A DNA stretch of 64,000 nucleotides. Source: a virus. Lineage: Duplodnaviria; Caudoviricetes. Of this stretch, positions 35,952 to 44,997 are shown piece by piece (the first letter of the stretch is position 1; the number at the start of each line of letters is the position of its first letter). The stretch is taken from the IMG/VR virus record IMGVR_UViG_2915650412_000004, positions 11,383 through 75,382 of that record. The stretch is one strand, 5' to 3'. The notes under the pieces are model-generated. The model was not told the DNA's origin. It saw nothing but the letters and a program-made list of their open reading frames with translations, and did not search any database. The position numbers were made by a program, and so were the translations under genes.

Positions 35952-35972
35952 TCAACAACATGATCACCATAA
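35952..35972 (+). repeat. Right att junction TCAACAACATGATCACcATAA, followed by the original terL end (ACC TGG TAG)
   Basis: Repeat of 19922-19942; in-frame NNMITITW-stop then portal RBS. Confidence 0.9.
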
Positions 35973-35988
35973 CCTGGTAGGAGTGCCC

Positions 35989-37227
35989 ATGGGCCTTTTG
36001 ACTTGGGTCGGGAAGCCTTTCGGGCTTCTTTCCGGCCCATGGCGCGCATTCTTTGGAATGTCGACCACAAGCGGCGAAACGGTCACTTATGAACACGCGA
36101 TGCAGCTTGATGCTGTCTGGGCGTGTGTGAACCTGATTTCAAATGCCGTGAAAACGCTACCCTGTAATGTCTACAAGGGCGATGGCGTTGACGTCGACCG
36201 CGAGAATCCGCTGTACGAACTGCTGCACGACCTGCCGAACCTGGACGACAGCGCGTCTGATTTCTGGGGTATGGCGGCCCTCTGCCTCTGCCTTGATGGC
36301 AACTTCTTCGCCGAAAAGAAGAAAAATGGCGACCGGCTGGTAGCGCTGAACCCGTTCAATCCGCTTTGCGTCGATGTAAAGCGCGATGATCGAAATAACC
36401 GCTATTACGAGGTCACCGAGCAGTACAAGAATGGAAAGAAGGGCGGCGTCCGTAAAATCCGTGAAGAGGACATGCTTCATGTCCGCGGATTGGTCATGCC
36501 TGGCTGTGATCGTGGGCTTTCGCCAATTGCCGCGCAGCGCAATGTGATCGGTAACGCCATGGCCGGCGAGAAGACGTCGGGCCGTATGTTCAAGAACGGC
36601 ATGATGGCTTCGGTCGTCTTGTCGTCAGAACAGGTTCTGAAGCCCGATCAGCGCAAGCAGATTGCGGAATCGTTGCAGGCATTTGCCGGTGCCGACAAGG
36701 CAGGAGGGATTGCGGTGCTTGAGGCGGGTCTCACCCCGTCGCAGATCACCATCAATCCAAAAGATGCGCAGATGCTTGAGACGCGGCAGTACAGCGTCGA
36801 GCAGATATGCCGCATCTTCGGCGTTCCGCCGGTCATGATTGGCCATGCCGCGAATGGCACAACGACTTGGGGCAGCGGCATCGAGCAATTGATCCTGCAG
36901 TTCACCAAGACCTGCCTCACGCCCATGCTCAGAAGCATTGAATCGGCAATCTACCGCGACTTGCTTGATGCAAAGACCCGCAAAACGACCGTCGTTAAGT
37001 TCAATATGGAAGGCCTGCTGCGCGGCGATAGCCAGGCGAGGGCGGAATTCCTGCAGAAGATGGTTCAGAACGGCATCTACACGCCGAATGAAGCAAGAGC
37101 TTACGAGAACAAGCCAAAGATGGACGGCGGCGACGAACTGATCGTCAACGGCACCATGCAGCCTCTGTCCATGGTCGGACACAACGGCGGGCCTCCGCTG
37201 GATGATGCACAGCCAAGCGCTGGATAA
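35989..37227 (+). CDS. HK97-family portal protein
   Basis: VWACVNLIS, GLSPI, IAVLEAG, CRIFGVPP, FNMEGLLRGD, YTPNEAR. Confidence 0.95.
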   Translation: MGLLTWVGKPFGLLSGPWRAFFGMSTTSGETVTYEHAMQLDAVWACVNLISNAVKTLPCNVYKGDGVDVDRENPLYELLHDLPNLDDSASDFWGMAALCLCLDGNFFAEKKKNGDRLVALNPFNPLCVDVKRDDRNNRYYEVTEQYKNGKKGGVRKIREEDMLHVRGLVMPGCDRGLSPIAAQRNVIGNAMAGEKTSGRMFKNGMMASVVLSSEQVLKPDQRKQIAESLQAFAGADKAGGIAVLEAGLTPSQITINPKDAQMLETRQYSVEQICRIFGVPPVMIGHAANGTTTWGSGIEQLILQFTKTCLTPMLRSIESAIYRDLLDAKTRKTTVVKFNMEGLLRGDSQARAEFLQKMVQNGIYTPNEARAYENKPKMDGGDELIVNGTMQPLSMVGHNGGPPLDDAQPSAG

Positions 37228-37236
37228 GGGAAATTC

Positions 37237-38352
37237 ATGAAATTCGAACACATTTTGACGGCCTTCGAGGCCGAACCGTGGGCGATTCAGCGCGAAAAAC
37301 TAGCCGTTTTGGCTGATGTTCTTGCGGCACGTGTGGCGGGCGACAAGCTCGTCACACCTGAATTTGCAGCGGCTGTTTCCGATGCTCGCGCAAAGGAAAT
37401 CGCTGAAATTGACGGCAAGGTCGCAGTGATCCCGGTTTATGGCGTATTGGCCGACCGAATGGATCTGTTTTCCGCGATGAGTGGTGGCACGTCCTATGCC
37501 GGTATCAAGCGTCAACTGCACAAGGCACTGTCCAACGAGGATGTGAAAGCCGTTGTTCTTGATATTGATAGTCCTGGCGGCTCGGTACCGGGCACGGATG
37601 AACTCGCAACGGAAATTCGCAAACTGCGCGGCGGTGAAAAGCCTATCATAGCGCAGGTCAACTCGCTGGCTGCGAGTGCTGCCTACTGGATCGCGTCGTC
37701 TGCCGACGAAATCGTTGTCACGCCGTCCGGACGTGCAGGGTCGATCGGTGTCTATACGGCACACGACGATATCTCTGCCGCATTGGAAAAGGCTGGCGTC
37801 AAGCGCACCTACATTTCGGCAGGTAAGCACAAGGTCGAAGGCAACGAAACCGAACCACTCGGCAAAGACACGCTGGCCTACATTCAGGACAGCGTAAACC
37901 GCTCCTATGGCCGGTTTTTGCAGAGCGTTGCCGATGGGCGTGGCGTTACGAAATCCAAAGTCGAAGACGGATTTGGTCAGGGGAGGGTGTTCTACTCTGA
38001 GGCGCTCATAGACCGGGGTATGGCAGACCGTATTGCCACACTTGACGAGACCTTGGCCCGACTGGGCGCGAACACCGAGCCGGAGTACGTCCGCCGCGTA
38101 AAGGCGTCCAACGCCGCAAAGGCAGAAGCCGCGCAATTGCTGTCCAACAAGATGGCCTCCGGCGAAGAAATTACAAAACGCGAATTCGAAAACGGCCTGA
38201 AGGGTCTTCTTGGTCTTTCGAATTCGGAGGCAGAGCGGGCCGCTCGGCTCTACCTCAGGTCTGATCAGGGGGCTCCTGATGGCGACGCGGATGCTGCCGC
38301 TTTGGCAGCGGTCACACGGCTGATTGCCGAAGCAAAGACATTCAAAATCTAA
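37237..38352 (+). CDS. S49 (ClpP/SppA-like) prohead protease
   Basis: DSPGGSV, AASAAYWIAS, GSIGV. Confidence 0.9.
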   Translation: MKFEHILTAFEAEPWAIQREKLAVLADVLAARVAGDKLVTPEFAAAVSDARAKEIAEIDGKVAVIPVYGVLADRMDLFSAMSGGTSYAGIKRQLHKALSNEDVKAVVLDIDSPGGSVPGTDELATEIRKLRGGEKPIIAQVNSLAASAAYWIASSADEIVVTPSGRAGSIGVYTAHDDISAALEKAGVKRTYISAGKHKVEGNETEPLGKDTLAYIQDSVNRSYGRFLQSVADGRGVTKSKVEDGFGQGRVFYSEALIDRGMADRIATLDETLARLGANTEPEYVRRVKASNAAKAEAAQLLSNKMASGEEITKREFENGLKGLLGLSNSEAERAARLYLRSDQGAPDGDADAAALAAVTRLIAEAKTFKI

Positions 38353-38368
38353 ATCACAGGAGCCATTC

Positions 38369-39580
38369 ATGGCTGAACTAGCAGAACGCATTGGCGAGCT
38401 GGGTGCTTCGCTCGCCTCCATTAAAGAGCAGGTCGGCAATCTTGCAACCGATTTCACTACGAAGCTTTCTGCCGCTGGCGAAGTTTCCACCGAGCTGAAA
38501 GATAAGGTCGACAAGGCGCTTTCCGAACTTGGCGATACCACGACCCGTATTGGCGAACTGGAAAAGCGTGCCGCTCGTGAACGCGACGACGTTGCACAGG
38601 GTCCACAGGACGTTGGCGATATTGTCGTGGCGTCTGAAAAGTTCAAGTCGACCGACGTATCCGGCGCATGGCGCGGTTCGATCCGCGTCGGTATGGAGCG
38701 CGCGGACATTACGTCCGGCAATACCACCGTTGGCGCCGGTCGTTCGGCGGGAACCTCGCTTGTCCCAGGGCAGCGCGTGCCAGGCATCATTGCCCCGCCT
38801 AATCGCCAGCTGACGATCCGCGACCTTATTGCTCCGGGCCAGACCTCGGCTGCGAGTGTTGAGTTCGTCAAGGAAACCGGCTTTACGAACAGCGCGGCTC
38901 CGGTCGCAGAAGGCACGCAGAAGCCCAAGTCTGATCTGACCTTCGATATGGAAACCACGCCTGTTCGCACGCTGGCCCATATCTTCAAGGCAAGCCGTCA
39001 GATCCTCGACGACGCTCCGGGGCTTGCAAGCTATATCAACGCTCGCGGCACGTACGGGCTCAAGTTCGTTGAAGAAGGCCAGCTTCTGAACGGTGACGGT
39101 ACTGGTCAGAACCTGCACGGCATTCTCCCGCAGGCATCGGCCTTCGCTCCGGCATTCACTCCGGAGAATGAAACGGCAATTGACCGCCTTCGCCTTGCAA
39201 TCCTGCAGGTCATTCTGGCCGAATATCCGGCGAGCGGCTTCGTTCTGCATCCAACCGATTGGACCAAGATCGAGCTGACCAAGGATCTTGGCGGCAACTA
39301 TATCGTTGGCAATGCCCAGTCTCCGATCGGTCCTTCGCTGTGGAATCTGCCGGTCGTCCAGACTCAGGCACTTTCTGCGGGCAAGTTCCTGACCGGTGCG
39401 TTCAATCTCGGTGCGCAGATTTTCGACCGCATGGGCATCGAAGTTCTGATGTCGAGCGAGAACGTGGACGACTTCGAAAAGAACATGTTCACGATCCGTA
39501 TCGAAGAGCGCCTTGCGCTGGCGGTTTACCGTCCAGAGGCATTCGTTACCGGCGACGTCAATCCGCCTGTAACTCCTTAA
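38369..39580 (+). CDS. Helper major capsid protein (HK97 fold, 403 aa)
   Basis: Coiled-coil delta domain plus HK97 core; follows protease. Confidence 0.95.
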   Translation: MAELAERIGELGASLASIKEQVGNLATDFTTKLSAAGEVSTELKDKVDKALSELGDTTTRIGELEKRAARERDDVAQGPQDVGDIVVASEKFKSTDVSGAWRGSIRVGMERADITSGNTTVGAGRSAGTSLVPGQRVPGIIAPPNRQLTIRDLIAPGQTSAASVEFVKETGFTNSAAPVAEGTQKPKSDLTFDMETTPVRTLAHIFKASRQILDDAPGLASYINARGTYGLKFVEEGQLLNGDGTGQNLHGILPQASAFAPAFTPENETAIDRLRLAILQVILAEYPASGFVLHPTDWTKIELTKDLGGNYIVGNAQSPIGPSLWNLPVVQTQALSAGKFLTGAFNLGAQIFDRMGIEVLMSSENVDDFEKNMFTIRIEERLALAVYRPEAFVTGDVNPPVTP

Positions 39581-39588
39581 TCCTTGAT

Positions 39589-39615
39589 GGGGCGCTTCGG
39601 CGCCCCTCCTTTTTT
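39589..39615 (+). terminator. Intrinsic terminator after MCP
   Basis: GGGGCGC-TTCG-GCGCCCC then TCCTTTTT. Confidence 0.7.
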
Positions 39616-39635
39616 CAGAACCACGGGAGCCACGC

Positions 39636-40253
39636 ATGGCTGCACCAAAAATCAATAAGCGCCGTTTTGCCAGCTACCTTGGCGCTGGTGTTATCTCTCT
39701 TCCGTCTGTACCCGCCAATACTGTCGCACCGGCCATTACAGGCACGGCACGTGTCGGACAGACGCTAACCGTTTCGAACGGCAGTTGGTCAGGCAGTCCA
39801 TCGCCCACATTCTCACGTCAGTGGAAACGTGGCGCGACTAACATAGGTACAGGCGCAGCTACCTATACGCTGGTTGCAGCGGACGCAGGGCAGGTTATTA
39901 CGTGTGTAGTCACTGCCACAAACAGTGAAGGTTCGGCTAGCGCCACCAGCAATGCTACCGCATCTGTGACGCAGACCCCGGCTAATACCGCATTGCCAGC
40001 AATTACTGGTACGGCACAGGTGGGCGCTACTCTGACAGTGTCGAATGGCACTTGGACGGGCACTCCAACGCCGACCTACACGCGCCAGTGGAAAGCAGAC
40101 GGAGCAAATATTAGTGCTGCGACCGCTGCAACCTACGTACTGACCGAAGCCGAACTAGGCAAGGTCATCACTTGTACCGTGACCGGCACGAATTCCGCAG
40201 GTAATGCGAGCGCCACTAGTGCCGCGACTGCTGCAGTTATTGCGGCAGCCTAA
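39636..40253 (+). CDS. Tandem Ig-like repeat virion decoration protein
   Basis: Two ~90-aa repeats PANT..PAITGTA.VG.TLTVSNG.W.G.P.PT..RQWK. Confidence 0.7.
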   Translation: MAAPKINKRRFASYLGAGVISLPSVPANTVAPAITGTARVGQTLTVSNGSWSGSPSPTFSRQWKRGATNIGTGAATYTLVAADAGQVITCVVTATNSEGSASATSNATASVTQTPANTALPAITGTAQVGATLTVSNGTWTGTPTPTYTRQWKADGANISAATAATYVLTEAELGKVITCTVTGTNSAGNASATSAATAAVIAAA

Positions 40254-40255
40254 TC

Positions 40256-40588
40256 ATGGCACTGGTTGATCTCGAACTGCTGAAGAAACACCTTCGTGTG
40301 TTTCATGATGACGAAGATGCTGAGCTTGAGGTCTATCTGGCTGCTGCGGAAACGATCGTCGTCGAATATGTCGACAGGGAGGTCGTGGTGACTGGCGCCA
40401 CGCCAACCTTGTCGGATGGCATCGAGTTAACCCCGCCCATCACGGCAGCGATCTTGTTGGTTGCGGCTGACCTGTACGAGAACCGCGAGCCAGACATGAA
40501 GGCCGAAGGCAATGCCGTTCTGCCGCGTCACGTTCGGGCGTTACTCGCTCCATATCGGGTTTGGCGCACGCTGCTGGTGGAAGAATAA
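40256..40588 (+). CDS. Head-tail connector (HK97 gp6-like)
   Basis: LKKHLRV...AAILLVAADLYENRE. Confidence 0.9.
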   Translation: MALVDLELLKKHLRVFHDDEDAELEVYLAAAETIVVEYVDREVVVTGATPTLSDGIELTPPITAAILLVAADLYENREPDMKAEGNAVLPRHVRALLAPYRVWRTLLVEE

Positions 40589-40788
40589 TGCCCTGGCTCC
40601 ACTTCACAGCCACTTACGACTTCATCCCCAAGCCTGCGGTAACGATCCGCTATCCGGCTGGCTACATCGGCTTGGTGACCACGCCTTGCGCTAACCGCGC
40701 TGTTGCCGCTGGCAAAGCCGAGCGACTTCCAACTCCTACGAAAGACGAGGCCGAAGCATGGCGAAGCGCGCAGGTGCCGGCAGCCTGA
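40588..40788 (+). CDS. Small hypothetical structural-region protein
   Basis: TAATG coupling. Confidence 0.55.
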   Translation: MPWLHFTATYDFIPKPAVTIRYPAGYIGLVTTPCANRAVAAGKAERLPTPTKDEAEAWRSAQVPAA

Positions 40789-41150
40789 ACTGCCGTTTGA
40801 CGTTTCAGGTTCGGCAGGACGTGGATGACGGATTCGGCGGCACACGCGGTGAGTGGGTTGACCAGTTCACCGTGCCGGGAAGGCTGGAACCGCGATACGG
40901 CAGCAATGCCGAGAGCATCATGGCTGCGCGAATGCAGTCTATGCAGCCCTATAACCTGACGATCCGTGGCAGCACTGCGGCAAGGCAAGTAACGGCGTCT
41001 TGGCGGGCATATGATGCTCGGGCTGGCGTTACCGTCGACAGCCAAGGCGCACGAAGGCCAAACCGCGTGTTCGGCATTAAGACCGTAGTCAATCCCGACG
41101 AGCGCGGGCAATACATCGAGATGCTGGCGATTGAAGGCGAGGAAACGTGA
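40758..41150 (+). CDS. Head closure/adaptor (SPP1 gp16-like)
   Basis: AGSLNCRLTFQ..DDGFGG...W; position. Confidence 0.8.
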   Translation: MAKRAGAGSLNCRLTFQVRQDVDDGFGGTRGEWVDQFTVPGRLEPRYGSNAESIMAARMQSMQPYNLTIRGSTAARQVTASWRAYDARAGVTVDSQGARRPNRVFGIKTVVNPDERGQYIEMLAIEGEET

Positions 41151-41614
41151 TGGCGGTCAAGATCAAAGGTCTGGATCGCCTGCAGATAAAGCTGAAGAAA
41201 TTCCCGGAAGTGGCTGAAAAGCTTGTCAAAGCCGCGATGGAGCAGGGGGCACAGGAAATCGTCAACATGATGCAAAATCTGGTTCCCGTCGATGATGGTG
41301 AACTGATGGAGAGCATCGGGTGGACATGGGGTAAGGCTCCAAAACACAGCCAGCGCATTGGCAGCGTGAAGTCTAACGATGGTAACCTGACAATCACCAT
41401 CTATGCCGGCAATTCAAAGGTGCGTTATGCGCATCTGGTCGAATTCGGCAGCGCTCCACACGTGAACGGTGGCATGTATCCGGGCACTTTTAATCCGGGC
41501 GCCAAGGCGCAGCCGTTCTTCTTTGTGAGTTTTCGTGCTAAGCGCCGCAGCGCAAAAGCTCGCGTATCTCGTGCCATTACAAAAGCGGCAAAACAGATTG
41601 CTGCTGAGAGATAA
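41147..41614 (+). CDS. HK97 gp10-like protein
   Basis: VPVDDGEL..SI, YAHLVEFG, QPFF. Confidence 0.85.
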   Translation: MMAVKIKGLDRLQIKLKKFPEVAEKLVKAAMEQGAQEIVNMMQNLVPVDDGELMESIGWTWGKAPKHSQRIGSVKSNDGNLTITIYAGNSKVRYAHLVEFGSAPHVNGGMYPGTFNPGAKAQPFFFVSFRAKRRSAKARVSRAITKAAKQIAAER

Positions 41615-41694
41615 CACACCCGCATTAAACGGGCCAAACGGTGCCGGTCACACCGGGCCAATCTTATCCCTGCGCCGCTATTGAGGGGTGCCGA

Positions 41695-42420
41695 ATGACT
41701 GATGCTATATACGCTGGCGATGCCGGTTATTTCAAGACGTGCACATGCTGCGGAGAGACTAAGGCAGCACAACGTTTTTCAAAGGAAAGGCGATGGGGCG
41801 ACGGTTTCTGCTCATCGTGCAAGGATTATAAAGCATCATCAGCGCGAGAATGGGCAAAGAAGAATCCTGAACAGGTGAGCGGGCGGTACATGTCCCTATC
41901 TCCAGACCGGCGCGCAGACATTCAAAGAAAACGATTAGAAAAGTTACTGACAACCCCCGGAGCGATAGAAAAGACGCGCGAGAGGGCACGCGACTATTAT
42001 GCCAAGAACCGTGAAAAAGTCTTAGCTCGCATGTCATCCCAGGAGGGGCGAGAATACTCACGCATAAAGATGCAAGAAAAGATGAGAGATGATGCCTTTC
42101 GTCTGCATTCCAACATATCTAGGGCAATCAGGGCTTCCATTAAAGATAAATATCGACGCCCTTGGGAAACCCTTGTCGGCTACAATCTGAATGAACTTAT
42201 GACGCACATTGAGCGTCAATTCTTGCCTGGAATGACGTGGGAAAACCATGGGAAAGGCAAGGGGAAATGGCATATTGATCATATCGTTCCGCGATCATCA
42301 TTCGGTTATGACAGTGCCGAACATCCTGATTTCGCGGCTTGCTGGGCCTTAGCCAACCTACGCCCTTTATGGTCGGATGAAAATATACGCAAGCACGCCA
42401 AGCGCTTGTTCCTGATATAG
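41695..42420 (+). CDS. Free-standing HNH endonuclease in tail operon
   Basis: WHIDHIVPRSSF...CWALANLRPLWSDENIRK. Confidence 0.85.
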   Translation: MTDAIYAGDAGYFKTCTCCGETKAAQRFSKERRWGDGFCSSCKDYKASSAREWAKKNPEQVSGRYMSLSPDRRADIQRKRLEKLLTTPGAIEKTRERARDYYAKNREKVLARMSSQEGREYSRIKMQEKMRDDAFRLHSNISRAIRASIKDKYRRPWETLVGYNLNELMTHIERQFLPGMTWENHGKGKGKWHIDHIVPRSSFGYDSAEHPDFAACWALANLRPLWSDENIRKHAKRLFLI

Positions 42421-42429
42421 GAGGGCGTT

Positions 42430-42846
42430 TTGGACCCGGTTTTAGAACTTCAGGGCGCAATTATTCAGCGCTTGCGAAGCTTTCCTGCGCTTGTCTCCCT
42501 GATTGGCCAGCGCAGCTACGACAACCCACCGACGAATGATCAAGGGCAGATCTCGCCCTCAATTTTCCCCTATGTCAGTATCGGCGCGTCGAGCGCTCAG
42601 CAGGTAGATGCCGACTGTATTTTCGCTGACGATATCATTTTCCAGCTGGATGTCTGGTCGATTGAGCCAGCCAAAAAGCAGATGCGCGACGTCGCAAACG
42701 CAGTGCGTCTCGCAACACGAGGGTGGGAGCCTGTTTTGACCATCAACGCCCTCGTGACATTCGAATATTGGCGAACTGACTACATCAAGGACGGCGCAAT
42801 CAATCATGCGTCGGTTCGTTACACGGCGATTATCGAGCAGCCTTAA
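42430..42846 (+). CDS. Tail terminator (DUF3168/gp17-like)
   Basis: FPYVSIG...LDVWS; TTG start with GGAGG RBS. Confidence 0.8.
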   Translation: MDPVLELQGAIIQRLRSFPALVSLIGQRSYDNPPTNDQGQISPSIFPYVSIGASSAQQVDADCIFADDIIFQLDVWSIEPAKKQMRDVANAVRLATRGWEPVLTINALVTFEYWRTDYIKDGAINHASVRYTAIIEQP

Positions 42847-42924
42847 GGCCCCCCCGCGCCGATCACCCCAAAAATCTTTCTGTACGGCTGCCCTTTGGGT
42901 GGCCTTTTCGTATTGGATCACTCC

Positions 42925-43374
42925 ATGACAGCTGCTACCACGATCAAAGGCGGCAAGGTCCGCGTCAAGATCGGCGACGATGCAACGCCGACCGTGTATA
43001 CCGCACCGTGCGGCTTCACGCAGAAGTCGATCACACTTTCGAAAAACCTCAATGAAGTTTCAATTCCCGATTGTGAAGACCCCGACAAGGTGGATTGGAT
43101 TGGACGTGACGCCGCATCGCTCTCAATGAGCATCAGCGGTGAAGGTGTCTTGGCTTCCGAATCCGTAGAAACGTGGCTGGATGCTTGGGAAAGCATCGAT
43201 TCTGTACCGGTCCAAGTCGAGATCGTTTTCCCGGCCAAGACTTACACGTATACCGGCAAGATGCATGTCGAAAGCCTTGAAATCGGCGCTAACAATGGCG
43301 AGCGAGCCACAAACAACGTTTCGCTGCAGTCAGACGGCGAAATGGTCCGCGTCTCGGCGCCGACGGCTCCATAA
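42925..43374 (+). CDS. Major tail tube protein
   Basis: PCGFTQKS, SISGEGV, VSLQSDGE. Confidence 0.85.
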   Translation: MTAATTIKGGKVRVKIGDDATPTVYTAPCGFTQKSITLSKNLNEVSIPDCEDPDKVDWIGRDAASLSMSISGEGVLASESVETWLDAWESIDSVPVQVEIVFPAKTYTYTGKMHVESLEIGANNGERATNNVSLQSDGEMVRVSAPTAP

Positions 43375-43814
43375 TGAGCAGAGACGCTAAGGTTGAGCTC
43401 GACTGGGCGGACGGTACTTATACCTTCCGCCTCGGTTGGGGCGAATTGGAAGCATTGCAGGAGGCGTGCGACGCCGGCCCTTGGGTCATTCTGGAGCGGC
43501 TTTTCACCAAACAATGCCGCGTCGGAGATATCGCCCATGTGATCCGGCAGGGACTGATTGGTGGAGGCTTGGAGCCCACGGCGGCCACGAAACTGGTGCG
43601 AACCTACATCGAAAAACGCCCACCTGCTGAGAACATCGTATTCTCCACCATCATTTTACAGGCTGGTATTCAGGGCGTGCCGGAGGAGCCGGTGGGGGAG
43701 CCAGCGGCGGCAAATCAGACGGAGAACGGCTTGATAGTCTCCCCAACGGAAAAGTCAGATTTGCCGCGGTCTACGGCAACGGCGCGGCGCTCGGCTTCAC
43801 GCCGCAAGAAGTAA
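43374..43814 (+). CDS. Tail assembly chaperone G; -1 frameshift extension (GT) to 43939 likely
   Basis: WADGTYTFRLGWGEL..LQEACDAGP; the -1 frame is open from ~43697 to TAG 43937-43939. Confidence 0.85.
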   Translation: MSRDAKVELDWADGTYTFRLGWGELEALQEACDAGPWVILERLFTKQCRVGDIAHVIRQGLIGGGLEPTAATKLVRTYIEKRPPAENIVFSTIILQAGIQGVPEEPVGEPAAANQTENGLIVSPTEKSDLPRSTATARRSASRRKK

Positions 43815-43940
43815 GGCGAATGTCCATGTGGCAGTTCATGGCTGCCGTTGACGGTTACGTCAAAGCCAACTCGACTGACGATGGCGGTTTGAGCCAGGCG
43901 GAAAAAGACGAGCTTTGGGAGTGGGTGAGCGAGGGGTAGG

Positions 43941-44585
43941 TCATCTGCGGCGGTAGTGGGGGCGAACATAAGTGCCATTTCGGCGATAATAGCCGCGAAC
44001 AAAAGTAGATCCGCCCCCGTAAGAGCTGTACGATCTGCTATAGCTAGGTGCCCACGATCCATAACCATCGTAACCGCCGGCCCGAGACGCCGCGCTTCTA
44101 GCGCCACAACGGCGTCCTGCTGCATCTAGACTATCCGGTGTAGGGCAATTGCCAGTATAAACTCGCGATGAAGGGTAGCTTGGTGAGGCCAATGCATAGG
44201 AAGGATACGATGAGCTCAGAACCGTCCCAGCATTATTCCCGAAGGCTACCACTCCGCGTTTCCCGTCGGATGTAGTGAAGGAGCCGGTACCGCTCATGCC
44301 ATCGCGCGCGCGGGTGATGACGGCTGATCCATAACGACCGTCACTGCACGTCACGGGTATGGTAATTGTCGGACTTGTATCAAGTGCGTCGTAAGTTCCA
44401 TTGCACGACAGAGTGCCGCCCGGTTGTGAAAGCTGAAAAGTTCCGCCTGAAATCGCTGCAGTGGCCGTCCCGGTCAAGGCGGTCCCGTCCTCAAATCTCG
44501 CGGCGGTAGGCAGAGTGATGCTCCCGCAGCCAGCCAAACCAACTAACGTCAAAAGCATAACGCTTCGCATCATTACCCCTCCCAA
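43941..44585 (-). CDS. Lipoprotein moron with basic Arg/Tyr tail
   Basis: Lipobox LAGC; ends FVRGYYRRNGTYVRPHYRRR; antisense between TAC and TMP. Confidence 0.7.
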   Translation of the reverse strand: MGGVMMRSVMLLTLVGLAGCGSITLPTAARFEDGTALTGTATAAISGGTFQLSQPGGTLSCNGTYDALDTSPTITIPVTCSDGRYGSAVITRARDGMSGTGSFTTSDGKRGVVAFGNNAGTVLSSSYPSYALASPSYPSSRVYTGNCPTPDSLDAAGRRCGARSAASRAGGYDGYGSWAPSYSRSYSSYGGGSTFVRGYYRRNGTYVRPHYRRR

Positions 44586-44638
44586 GTTCTTCCCCGTCTG
44601 AACTAAGCAAGGATGAGGCGAAGAGTCGAGGGGGGATT

Positions 44639-44983
44639 CTACTTAAACGGATTCAGCGACTTTGCGCCTTTGGCCCTAGGATCAATGGTCAAGGTATATG
44701 CGCCACCCGGCAACTTGTAAGGCGCACATCGTTGTAAGGCTCGGTTGAGCGATTCCACGCCAGCCTTCCCAACCCCGTCTTTCGGGAACTCTTTGGCGGT
44801 AACATCCGACAAATCCCCGTCTTTATCCAGTTCGACAGAGAGAACGATCTTGCTTGCCAATTTCATTGAAGCAGGCGGGTTCCAGCACTCCAGCGCAGCC
44901 CGCGCGAACGCATCGTTCTGCTCATTAGCTTGCGCGGGCATTGCCATAACGGCGGCAGCAATCACCAAAAAACATACTCTCAT
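44639..44983 (-). CDS. Exported TolA/TonB C-terminal-like protein (moron)
   Basis: Signal peptide; CWNPP...VELDKDG...ALQRCAPY. Confidence 0.6.
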   Translation of the reverse strand: MRVCFLVIAAAVMAMPAQANEQNDAFARAALECWNPPASMKLASKIVLSVELDKDGDLSDVTAKEFPKDGVGKAGVESLNRALQRCAPYKLPGGAYTLTIDPRAKGAKSLNPFK

Positions 44984-44997
44984 GGAGCCTCCCTGCC

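Larger units (their letters stand above)
19922..35972. mobile_element. Integrated phage satellite (16,030 bp) inside the terL 3' end
   Basis: Direct repeats at 19922 and 35952, tyrosine integrase abutting the right repeat, own rep/capsid/terS/TMP, helper operon resumes with portal. Confidence 0.92.

Noticed and set aside
19922-35972. Canonical capsid-forming PICI or gene transfer agent
   Set aside because: No portal, protease or TerL; the GTA-like chaperone is a generic tail chaperone family
37300-38988. 562-aa minus-strand ORF, plus similar long antisense ORFs at 18331-19593, 38378-39655 and 8450-9460
   Set aside because: Shadow frames opposite well-supported genes in GC-rich DNA; no motifs
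23084-39580. Satellite capsid gene as a recent local duplication of the helper gene
   Set aside because: Substitutions throughout and a different N-terminus, and it sits in a separate att-bounded element with its own rep and int
39636-40253. Tandem repeats as a DGR template/variable pair
   Set aside because: No reverse transcriptase; repeats are in-frame Ig-like domains without adenine-specific differences
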